IMG/VR virus record: IMGVR_UViG_3300036820_000001
Direction: 5' to 3' (one strand)
From: a virus
Length of the DNA: 64,000 nucleotides
Positions within the stretch are counted from its first letter, which is position 1, and each line of letters opens with the position of its first letter. Made by a program: the position numbers and the translations under genes. Positions 17,166-24,153 of the stretch are shown one piece after another. The notes beneath the pieces were generated by a model. The model was given only the letters and a program-made list of their open reading frames with translations, made no database searches and was not told the origin of the DNA.

Positions 17166-17170
17166 GATAG
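17164..17170 (+). promoter_or_regulatory. CCGATAG motif (family B), 33 nt upstream of ATG 17204
   Basis: CTTCCGATAGGG is a 12-mer identical to 56255-56266. Confidence 0.35.
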
Positions 17171-17203
17171 GGACGGGTGACTTCGGAGACCGCGGGAGAG
17201 ACC

Positions 17204-17983
17204 ATGCCACTGACCAAGGATGACATCGCTCAGATCCAGCAGGCGTACAAGGCTGGCGTGAGGCGCGGCCGGATGGACATCGGGGCTGACGTGCAGGGGG
17301 CTACCGGCTTCTCGATCGCCCACGTCGCCAAGTACTCGCCCGACCAGACCGCGTACGCCATGCGGAGGTTCGAGGCTGATGTGTCGAACCGGCGCGGCCG
17401 GGACGTGCGGTCGCTGCTGAAGGGCAGCCGCAAGCCGGTGCTGAAGCTGACCGGGGCCGAGTTCGACCGGTACTTCCCGCGCGGCCCGGAGGACGGCGAG
17501 GTCACCAACGCGGGCAACATCTTCGTGGCGCAGGGCCTCACGAACCTGGTGTCACTGTGGATGGGTCTCACTGGCACGGCAATCAACCCGCTCGGTGTCA
17601 CCACGGCGACGCCGGTGTGCGGTGTCGGCACCGGCACCTCGACACCGGCCACCTCGGACACGGCGTTGCTGGGCAACGGCACGGCGGTCGGCGCGTACTA
17701 CCAGATCTTCGACTCCACCGTGCTGGCCACCACGACCACCAACGGCGTCCTGGTGGGCACGTCCACCTACGCGTCGGCCAACGCCAACTTCGCGTGGAAC
17801 GAGTGGTGCTGGGCGACCGGCCGCGGCCTGGTCACCGCGGGCGACAACCTCACCGCTACGTCGGGATCGCCGTTCGCCACCGCGTCTAGCAACGCGATGG
17901 TCAACCACAAGACCGGCGTCGCGCTCGGCACCAAGGCGTCCGGGTCCAGCTGGGTCTTCTCCACCACGTTCACCATCAGCTAG
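17204..17983 (+). CDS. putative virion/tail fibre-like structural protein
   Basis: GGGAGAG RBS. C-terminal two-thirds is Thr/Gly/Ala/Asn-rich, as in fibre proteins. The structural assignment is an inference. Confidence 0.6.
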   Translation: MPLTKDDIAQIQQAYKAGVRRGRMDIGADVQGATGFSIAHVAKYSPDQTAYAMRRFEADVSNRRGRDVRSLLKGSRKPVLKLTGAEFDRYFPRGPEDGEVTNAGNIFVAQGLTNLVSLWMGLTGTAINPLGVTTATPVCGVGTGTSTPATSDTALLGNGTAVGAYYQIFDSTVLATTTTNGVLVGTSTYASANANFAWNEWCWATGRGLVTAGDNLTATSGSPFATASSNAMVNHKTGVALGTKASGSSWVFSTTFTIS

Positions 17984-18015
17984 GGGCACGCGGCTGAGCC
18001 CAGGGAGGCCGCGCT

Positions 18016-19590
18016 GTGCCGATCACTGAGGACATATCACAGCCGGGCGAGGTGCACGGCGTCGGCGTCAGCCCGTCATGCGTGACGCTGAAGTTCAGCC
18101 CGCCTGGCAAGTCGCTGATGCTGGCGCTGGTCACGGCGTACACGCAGAGCGCGGGCGCACCGTCATTGTCTGTGTCTGATAGCGGCAGCCACACCTGGAC
18201 GCTCGGCCCGTCGCGTGCCAACGGGCGGCTGCTGTCGGCCATCTACTACACGTACCTGACGTCGGCCCCTGGCAGTATCACCATGACCGCGACGGACTCA
18301 TCGGGGCAGGAGTGCGTCATCCACCTGACGCCGCGGGTGCTGAACGGCTGCACGAGCACACAGTCCGGGCAGAAGGTGAACAACAACGGCTACTCGCGCG
18401 TCCCGCAGGAGCCGATCACGCCGGGGTCCAAGCTGTCCACGGTCTACATCGCGGCTCTGATGGACGCCCAGCAGGCGACGGTGACGCCGCTGAGCACCAC
18501 GTTCCCCAGCCATACGTACAACATCTCCGAGATCCCCACCTGTCACCTGGCCGGGCGGTCGCTGACGGGCACTGCCTCGGCTGAGAACCTGGGGTGGACG
18601 GTCAGCGGCGCGGCCAACTGGGCACTGTCGGCCATGGAGATCCAGAACGCCGACGTTCCCATCAGCAGTGCTGACACCGGTACCGGCGGAGATACGAGCG
18701 GCGTGACGGTTAAAGCGCGGGTGCCGTCATCGGACGCTGGGACGGGCCTGGAGCTGATCAGGGGCGCGACTGGGACGGGCGCGGCCTTGTTCATGTTCTC
18801 GACCGACACCGGGCACGGCACGGACGCCACTGGCGTAATTACGCAGGTGTACCACGACCTCGGCAGCACGGACGCGGGCGCTGGCGTTGAGGGGTCGGTG
18901 CCGCCGCCGCTGGTGCGCCTGCCGACGCAGTTCGAGTTCGGCACCGGCAGCGAGTTCAGCTTGTACCCGCCCCTGGCTGAATACCCGTCGCTGGGCAACT
19001 TCGGCCCGCTGATGGAAGGGTTCAGCCTCGACCGGGCGGCCATGCTGAACGGCGCGACCGGAGTCGAGAGCGGGCAGCTATATGCCGCGCAGCAGATCAC
19101 CATCACGCCGGACATGACGGTCACGGACCTGATGTCAGATGACTATCACTACGGCATGTGGGTCAACCTGAACAAGGCGGCGCTGCAGGTGACCGAGGGG
19201 TTCCTGCCGTTCACGACGCTGGCGTCCATGACTGGGCTGTCGATCTCCAGCTTCGGCGCGAGCCCGCTGGACTACTACGCGATGCCACTGTGGACGCAGT
19301 ACCAGCACAACCGCAAGGCGGTGCCCATGGCGTTCCGCATGCAGTCACGGGACGGGTACGGCCACTCGCGGGCGCTGGTGTTCGTGCTGTACGCGGTCCA
19401 GCTGGCGGTCATGGACTTCACCGGCACGGTCTACAAGACTGGCCTGGGCGTGAGCTACAGCGGCACGGTGGTGTTCAGCAGCGTCGATGAGGTCGGCAAC
19501 GCGCTGGGGCGGCAGCAGATCGGGCGCATCGTGTCGCAGGCGGGCAACCAGGTCGGCGCGCTGTCGGGCATCCAGTTCCAGGGCAGCTAG
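18016..19590 (+). CDS. fibre-family protein (N-domain shared with 32330 ORF, four S-x-D-x-G-T-G repeats)
   Basis: 524 aa. SSADTGTGGD, SSDAGTGLE, STDTGHGTD and STDAGAGVE cores. The N-terminal ~190 aa resemble the duplicated N-domains of the 1477-aa ORF. Confidence 0.7.
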   Translation: MPITEDISQPGEVHGVGVSPSCVTLKFSPPGKSLMLALVTAYTQSAGAPSLSVSDSGSHTWTLGPSRANGRLLSAIYYTYLTSAPGSITMTATDSSGQECVIHLTPRVLNGCTSTQSGQKVNNNGYSRVPQEPITPGSKLSTVYIAALMDAQQATVTPLSTTFPSHTYNISEIPTCHLAGRSLTGTASAENLGWTVSGAANWALSAMEIQNADVPISSADTGTGGDTSGVTVKARVPSSDAGTGLELIRGATGTGAALFMFSTDTGHGTDATGVITQVYHDLGSTDAGAGVEGSVPPPLVRLPTQFEFGTGSEFSLYPPLAEYPSLGNFGPLMEGFSLDRAAMLNGATGVESGQLYAAQQITITPDMTVTDLMSDDYHYGMWVNLNKAALQVTEGFLPFTTLASMTGLSISSFGASPLDYYAMPLWTQYQHNRKAVPMAFRMQSRDGYGHSRALVFVLYAVQLAVMDFTGTVYKTGLGVSYSGTVVFSSVDEVGNALGRQQIGRIVSQAGNQVGALSGIQFQGS

Positions 19591-19651
19591 CCAGCTGGAA
19601 TACCTGACGGTCGTCAAGGGTTATACGTAGTGCAAGGCCGCGGGGGCGGCC
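19591..19651 (+). promoter_or_regulatory. family A promoter/operator element, copy 1, plus leader hairpin
   Basis: CCAGCTGGAATACCTGACGGTCGTCAAGGGTTATACGTAGTGCAAGG followed by the GGCCGC-gggg-GCGGCC hairpin. Starts right after the TAG at 19588-19590. Confidence 0.6.
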
Positions 19652-19665
19652 GGATCGGGGGAGAC

Positions 19666-19794
19666 ATGCTGAGCGTCCTGCACCGGGTTCACGAGAGCGT
19701 CTGCAACGTCGTTGACCGCGTTCTCTACGCCATCGAGGGCGACACCTCGGGTCTCCCGGCCGAGCTGGGGCAGCTCGCTGCGGCGGCGCTATGA
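19666..19794 (+). CDS. hypothetical protein (42 aa)
   Basis: GGGGGAG RBS and ATG. Ends in an ATGA overlap. Below the track cutoff. Confidence 0.4.
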   Translation: MLSVLHRVHESVCNVVDRVLYAIEGDTSGLPAELGQLAAAAL

Positions 19795-19958
19795 CCGCCA
19801 GGTTCACGGCGCTGATGACCGCGGACGGACGCAAGTACGGCGTCTGGGACTCCGAGCGGAAGGAGTACCGGGGCGATCTCGCGTTCTTCACCGAGTCCGA
19901 GGCGGACACCGCCGCGGACCTACTGAATGAGGTTCTATGCCAAGGGGGAACGGTATGA
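19791..19958 (+). CDS. hypothetical protein (55 aa)
   Basis: ATGA-coupled at both ends. Confidence 0.45.
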   Translation: MTARFTALMTADGRKYGVWDSERKEYRGDLAFFTESEADTAADLLNEVLCQGGTV

Positions 19959-20167
19959 CTGCTTACCTGACGGAAGAGGTCGCTGAGGTGCCTGTGCGCA
20001 AGGGCGCGCTCGTCACCGAGCTACCGCCGGACAACCCGGAGGTGTGCGACGCGTGCCAGGCACCGGCGGCGTTCCGCGTGACGGTGACGGCCGGCGACCT
20101 GACGTTCTGCGGCCATCACGCCCAGGCGCACGGGTTCACGCAGTCGCACGCCAGCTGGAATACCTGA
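19955..20167 (+). CDS. hypothetical protein (CDAC..FCGHH motif, DUF7455-like)
   Basis: ATG inside track ORF 19937. The stop lies inside family A copy 2. Confidence 0.55.
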   Translation: MTAYLTEEVAEVPVRKGALVTELPPDNPEVCDACQAPAAFRVTVTAGDLTFCGHHAQAHGFTQSHASWNT

Positions 20168-20197
20168 CGGTCGTCAGGCGTTACACTAGACGCAGGG
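20151..20197 (+). promoter_or_regulatory. family A promoter/operator element, copy 2
   Basis: CCAGCTGGAATACCTGACGGTCGTCAGGCGTTACACTAGACGCAGGG. Contains a perfect CTGACG-gt-CGTCAG inverted repeat. Confidence 0.6.
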
Positions 20198-20290
20198 GGC
20201 AACAGAACAGCGGAGAAACCGGCGGAATCGCAACCACAGCGCCACATAAGTCATAACCAGCGCAAAGTGGGACGCCCGCCGGAAGATGGC

Positions 20291-20366
20291 GGCGATCGGG
20301 AGCGGTCTCCTGGTCAATGGCCGGCGCTAGGGTACGCGCCATCCGGTTCGACACCGGCGTTCGCCA
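20291..20366 (+). ncRNA. tRNA-like structured element (non-canonical; speculative)
   Basis: Acceptor-like stem GGCGATC/GTTCGCC (6 of 7 bp). A T-arm, CCGG-TTCGACA-CCGG. The D-arm and anticodon-arm equivalents have wrong loop sizes. Confidence 0.15.
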
Positions 20367-20370
20367 CTGA

Positions 20371-20400
20371 GGGGAGGGCGTACAGCCCTCCCCGGGGAGG
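20371..20400 (+). promoter_or_regulatory. three-part SD / anti-SD hairpin ahead of ATG 20406
   Basis: GGGGAGGGC-gtaca-GCCCTCCCC-GGGGAGG. The middle arm can pair either with the upstream copy or with the real RBS. Confidence 0.4.
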
Positions 20401-20405
20401 TAGTC

Positions 20406-20717
20406 ATGCGGGATCTCGACATGTCCGACGTGGAAGGGGACGCGCAGCGGATGAGGGACGGGTGGACGACGTTCACGACGGTCAACGGGGTCCGGCACGC
20501 GGTGCCGCCGACCGGGCCGTGCGCGACGTGCGGGAAGGGGCACTGCCGGGAGAGCCACCAGGGGTCGTTCTGCGGCGGGTACCACTGCCCCAACTGCGAC
20601 GCGCGGTCGGAGGTGCCGTTCGACTGCCGGTGCGGGGCCGGGCGGGCCAACCACGTGCTCCTGATCCCCTGCGAGGTCAAAGAGTGCGACTGTCATCTAC
20701 CCAGCTGGAATACCTGA
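20406..20717 (+). CDS. Cys/His-rich (zinc-binding-like) protein
   Basis: 103-aa track ORF with several CxxC and CxC pairs. The stop lies inside family A copy 3. Confidence 0.6.
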   Translation: MRDLDMSDVEGDAQRMRDGWTTFTTVNGVRHAVPPTGPCATCGKGHCRESHQGSFCGGYHCPNCDARSEVPFDCRCGAGRANHVLLIPCEVKECDCHLPSWNT

Positions 20718-20763
20718 CGGTCGTCAAGGGTTATACATAGTGCAAGGGGGTCGCGGGGACCCC
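20701..20763 (+). promoter_or_regulatory. family A promoter/operator element, copy 3, plus leader hairpin
   Basis: CCAGCTGGAATACCTGACGGTCGTCAAGGGTTATACATAGTGCAAGG followed by the GGGGTC-gcggg-GACCCC hairpin. Confidence 0.6.
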
Positions 20764-20783
20764 AGCAGACGGGGGAAACAGAG

Positions 20784-21044
20784 ATGATCGGCTTCACCGC
20801 CACCGCCCAGGATGTCAATCTCCAGGCCGCGTTCGCGCGACTGCCGGGCCGGTTCGAGGGCTTCCTCGCCAGCCTGCAGCAGGCGGCGGATGAAGAGGCG
20901 CTGCGCCAGCTGGTGCCGTTCGGGTTCACCTCGACCACCCGCCGCATCGTCATCGCCAAGTTAGGGGGCCAAAGATGTTCAGTCACAGCCCGTACGTTGC
21001 GGGATACAGCTTCTGCGCCGACATTTACTGCCCGGCGTGCCTGA
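20784..21044 (+). CDS. hypothetical protein
   Basis: GGGGGAAACAGAG RBS region and ATG. The last 70 nt overlap the next gene. Confidence 0.45.
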   Translation: MIGFTATAQDVNLQAAFARLPGRFEGFLASLQQAADEEALRQLVPFGFTSTTRRIVIAKLGGQRCSVTARTLRDTASAPTFTARRA

Positions 21045-21412
21045 TCGACTCGATGATCGCACGGGGCAAGGCGAGCCCGGCGGCACGGGACATGGACGCC
21101 GAGGACGCGCTCGACATGATCGCCGCGGCCATCCCCGGACTCGACCGGATGGACGAGAAGTCGTTCGACAGCGGTGACTTCCCCAAGGCGATCCTGTCCA
21201 GCAGCGCGCACGGCGACTGCACCCCCGAGGACGGGTGCAGCGACCGGTGCTGCGGGTGCGGCGGGTTCCTGGGGACCGACTCGTGCTACCCGCAGCCGTC
21301 CTACGACGACTACGACCCCCACTCGGCCGAGAACGAACCGGAGTGGGATGATGCCTTCAGCGCGCGGTGGAGCACCGCGGGCACGCTGAGCGACGACGGG
21401 AGGCCGTTCTGA
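20975..21412 (+). CDS. hypothetical protein (Cys-rich, acidic)
   Basis: 145-aa track ORF after a GGGGGC RBS. Confidence 0.6.
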   Translation: MFSHSPYVAGYSFCADIYCPACLIDSMIARGKASPAARDMDAEDALDMIAAAIPGLDRMDEKSFDSGDFPKAILSSSAHGDCTPEDGCSDRCCGCGGFLGTDSCYPQPSYDDYDPHSAENEPEWDDAFSARWSTAGTLSDDGRPF

Positions 21413-21621
21413 TGTCGGAGAAGGACACACGGCGCGTGTTCGTCGCGCTGATGAACTACGCGGACCTGAAGACGCGCGAGTCGCGGCGGCGCACGTACGC
21501 GGGGCCGGACATGGCCGAGACGCGCAAGGGTCTGCGGCAGGACGCCAGGGCGGCCGAGAACCTGGCTCGCGACATTCGCGCCGGTCACATCGCGCTAGTG
21601 GACCTGAGGGAGTTGTTATGA
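21412..21621 (+). CDS. hypothetical protein
   Basis: TGATG overlap start inside track ORF 21367. Confidence 0.55.
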   Translation: MSEKDTRRVFVALMNYADLKTRESRRRTYAGPDMAETRKGLRQDARAAENLARDIRAGHIALVDLRELL

Positions 21622-21803
21622 CGCGCAGGCGGAGGATGGGGTGCGGCTACTACGTCGCCCTGTGGATCATGTCGTGGGTGCTGTGCATGGTGCTGGCACC
21701 GGTGGTGTGGGGACTGTGGGCGATGGGGGTGCCCATCATGTGGGGGGCCACGATCGTGGTGGCGACGGTGTTCCTGACGGTGGCGTTCCGGCGGAAGCGG
21801 TAG
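21618..21803 (+). CDS. small membrane protein (two helices)
   Basis: ATGA-coupled. Hydrophobic segments YYVALWIMSWVLCMVLAPVVWGLWAMGVPIMWGATIVVATVFL. Confidence 0.6.
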   Translation: MTRRRRMGCGYYVALWIMSWVLCMVLAPVVWGLWAMGVPIMWGATIVVATVFLTVAFRRKR

Positions 21804-21849
21804 CCTGGGGAATGCTTGACAGTCGTCAGGAGTTATAGATAGCGTAGGG
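21804..21849 (+). promoter_or_regulatory. family A promoter/operator element, copy 4 (diverged)
   Basis: CCTGGGGAATGCTTGACAGTCGTCAGGAGTTATAGATAGCGTAGGG. TTGACA, then an 18-nt spacer, then TAGCGT. Confidence 0.55.
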
Positions 21850-21871
21850 CGCAACAGAGAGGTGGGGGAAC

Positions 21872-22099
21872 ATGGAGCGCGACGACAGGCCGGTGCGGAC
21901 CGCGGTCATCCAGCGGAGCGACGCGGGCTACCCGTCCGCGGAGACGGTGGAACGGTACATGCCCAGCGGCTACCAGGTCAGCGGCGTCTCGGACACCGAG
22001 GTGGTCATCAGCGGGAAGGACTACGCCGGGTGGACGATGGACAGCTACGTCATCCCGCGCCTGGCGTCGGGCATGATCTTCGCCAGGGAGGTGCTCTGA
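21872..22099 (+). CDS. hypothetical protein
   Basis: GAGGTGGGGG RBS. 75 aa. Confidence 0.6.
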   Translation: MERDDRPVRTAVIQRSDAGYPSAETVERYMPSGYQVSGVSDTEVVISGKDYAGWTMDSYVIPRLASGMIFAREVL

Positions 22100-22329
22100 T
22101 GACCGACTTCATCGACGCCATCATGGCGTTCGAGAGCGGCGAACTGGATGACGCGGGCATCATCGAGCTATTCCAGCACCTGGTGGACAGCGGCGTGGCG
22201 TGGCAGCTGCAGGGCAGCTACGGGCGCACTGCGACGGCGCTGGTCGAGGCCGGCCTGGTCACGTGGCCGGAGCCTGAGGGCGCTGGCGAGCACGATCCGG
22301 CTGGCCACGGCATGGGGGGAACGTCTTGA
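22099..22329 (+). CDS. hypothetical protein (conserved phage ESGELDD..LFQHLVDSG motif)
   Basis: TGATG-coupled. I recall this motif from small actinophage proteins (unverified). Confidence 0.6.
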   Translation: MTDFIDAIMAFESGELDDAGIIELFQHLVDSGVAWQLQGSYGRTATALVEAGLVTWPEPEGAGEHDPAGHGMGGTS

Positions 22330-22808
22330 GCATCATCGAGAGTGTCTACGTCATCTACGATGCGGACGTCGAGGGCGAGCACTCGGAGCAGCTGATCGAG
22401 CAGATGAGCCCGGAGCACCATCTGCCCGCTGGCTACGGCGACGGCGAGGGTCCGTACGGGCGCGAGGGCAGGGAGCCGCGGCAGGCGGTCGGGGCCAAGT
22501 TCAAGCGCACCGAGGGCAACGACCAGTTCGAGTACGAGGTGCCCGAGGGCACCGTCACCGCGCACGCAAAGTGGGTGGCGGAGCTGACCGAGGCCGAGTG
22601 GCGGCTGTTCGCGGACGCGTACCTCATCGAGCTAGACGAGCACGGCGCACCGGCCGAGTGTGAGCAGACGCTGGGGTCGCTGACCGAGTACGGCATCATC
22701 CCGGCTGTGTCGGTGGATCTGGCTGAGGGGTGGCAGGACGGGCGCACGCATGCCGAGGTGGTCCACGCGGGCGCGTACGTCAGCATCTCGGGGGAGGAGC
22801 CGGAATGA
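22326..22808 (+). CDS. hypothetical acidic protein
   Basis: TTGA overlap start. 160 aa. Confidence 0.55.
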   Translation: MSIIESVYVIYDADVEGEHSEQLIEQMSPEHHLPAGYGDGEGPYGREGREPRQAVGAKFKRTEGNDQFEYEVPEGTVTAHAKWVAELTEAEWRLFADAYLIELDEHGAPAECEQTLGSLTEYGIIPAVSVDLAEGWQDGRTHAEVVHAGAYVSISGEEPE

Positions 22809-23236
22809 CCAACAGGGTGACGCTGACCGGGGTCCTGGTCAAGCACGTCGGGCACTCGCTGCGGCCGGGCACGGAGTACGCCGTCCCGGCTGGCCGGGTG
22901 TACGGTACGCCGCGGCTGCAGTTGTGGTGCGAGAATTGCAAGGCGCGGGTGTGGGACGAGCCTGTGGGCGCGCAGCGCGAGAGCAGCAGGAGCAACCGGG
23001 TTGACGGGCCGGTGGCCGTGGGCGATCTTGAGTTCGCCCGGGGCGACAAGGTGACCGGCGTGTCCAACGACGGCCGGACGGTCGTGACTGGGCACATCGC
23101 CCACTTCGAGCGCGACGGCGGTGTCATTTACGCCTGCGTGGGCTACGAGCGGCAGCGGGTCGGCATGTTCGCGACCTTGCTGGACGTGACCCGGCTGTCG
23201 ATCGCCCACCCGGAACTGCCGTGCGGGCGGGCATGA
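22805..23236 (+). CDS. hypothetical protein
   Basis: ATGA-coupled start inside track ORF 22730. Confidence 0.6.
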   Translation: MTNRVTLTGVLVKHVGHSLRPGTEYAVPAGRVYGTPRLQLWCENCKARVWDEPVGAQRESSRSNRVDGPVAVGDLEFARGDKVTGVSNDGRTVVTGHIAHFERDGGVIYACVGYERQRVGMFATLLDVTRLSIAHPELPCGRA

Positions 23237-23709
23237 GGACCGAGGCCGACCGCGAGCGCCGCAAGAGGTTCTTGTGGGACATTATCGCGGCTGGGTGGAC
23301 GACGGGCAGCGTGTCGGACGAGTACGCAGAGCTATGCGGAAGGGGCAGGGCGGCAGTGGACATGGGATACGAGAACGGCGACTCGATCGTCTACGCGGAA
23401 TCGGTGGACAAGCGGATTGACGCCATCCAGAGTGCCGACGTGATCGATGACGATGAGGCCGACGAACTGCAGTGGCTGCTGCAGTTCCGGCAGGACGCAC
23501 GCGACGCGGTGCACGTGTGGGAGCCGCCGGTCAGCTTCGTCTGCGAGACGTACTGGGACAAGTACGCCGAGGAGAAGGCTGTTGACATCTACGGGCGCGA
23601 GGCGGTGGAGTCGGTCTACTTCAACCTGGCGGGGTACTCGGCTGACCTCATGGAGGGTTACGAGGAGATCGACTTCAACGGCACCACGTACTACGGGGAC
23701 GGCCGCTAG
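23233..23709 (+). CDS. possible ArdA-like anti-restriction protein
   Basis: Acidic 158-aa protein. The C-terminus (YFNLAGYSADLMEGYEEIDFNGTTYYG) resembles the ArdA C-terminal pattern. Low-confidence product call. Confidence 0.55.
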   Translation: MRTEADRERRKRFLWDIIAAGWTTGSVSDEYAELCGRGRAAVDMGYENGDSIVYAESVDKRIDAIQSADVIDDDEADELQWLLQFRQDARDAVHVWEPPVSFVCETYWDKYAEEKAVDIYGREAVESVYFNLAGYSADLMEGYEEIDFNGTTYYGDGR

Positions 23710-23756
23710 CCAGCTGGAATACCTGACGGCCGTCAACCGTTATACCTAGTGCAAGG
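23710..23756 (+). promoter_or_regulatory. family A promoter/operator element, copy 5
   Basis: CCAGCTGGAATACCTGACGGCCGTCAACCGTTATACCTAGTGCAAGG. The core TGACGGCCGTCA is a perfect 12-bp palindrome. Confidence 0.6.
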
Positions 23757-23787
23757 CCGCGGGGGGTCCGGGGCCGGGGGAGGGAAA

Positions 23788-24153
23788 ATGACCGACCGCT
23801 TCTTCTACATCATGAGCGAGGCGCACACGTCGGCTGTGGTCTACCGGAAGTCCGGCCCGTTCGTCGTCGCCCAGTCGGCTGAGTACCAGACCGCGCGGAA
23901 CATCGCCCGGAGCGAGTCGCGCGAGACTTCTGGCAGCTACACGGTCATTCCGCCCGCCGACTCTAAGATCCAGCCCGAGACGTTCGGCAACGGCGTGTCG
24001 GAGGGCTACGTGGCGGAACTGGCCGAGGACGCCCTGCGGGTGCTGGCGGAGGTGACGCGGTTATGGCCCGGAGCATCGAGGAGGTCAGGGAGCAGCTGGA
24101 GCGGGAGGCCGCGGCCGGGTTCGCGGCCATGGGGCTGGACCCGGAGACCATGA
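23788..24153 (+). CDS. hypothetical protein
   Basis: GGGGGAGGGAAA RBS. The last 91 nt overlap the next ORF and look non-coding. Confidence 0.5.
   Translation: MTDRFFYIMSEAHTSAVVYRKSGPFVVAQSAEYQTARNIARSESRETSGSYTVIPPADSKIQPETFGNGVSEGYVAELAEDALRVLAEVTRLWPGASRRSGSSWSGRPRPGSRPWGWTRRP

Noticed and set aside
17123-17323. A 66-aa minus ORF whose stop overlaps the antitoxin start, which makes it a tempting toxin partner.
   Set aside because: It overlaps the first 40 codons of the + gene 17204..17983, whose third positions are almost all G/C. It shows no resemblance to known toxin families.
19591-19598. The CCAGCTGG palindrome (which contains CAGCTG) at the start of the family A elements as a restriction- or methylation-related site.
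   Set aside because: It is conserved only as part of the longer element, and nothing in the window links it to an R-M system. It more likely belongs to the upstream part of the promoter/operator.
20291-20366. A canonical tRNA gene.
   Set aside because: The acceptor stem and T-arm fit, but there is no proper D-arm. The anticodon-arm equivalent has an 8-nt loop, and only 1 nt is left for the variable region. It is kept only as a speculative tRNA-like element. No other cloverleaf was seen in the window.
20267-20740. A 157-aa + ORF spanning the long leader and the Cys-rich gene in another frame.
   Set aside because: It is Arg/Gly-rich, has no RBS, and overlaps the better-supported 20406..20717 gene. 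The region upstream of 20406 is treated as non-coding.
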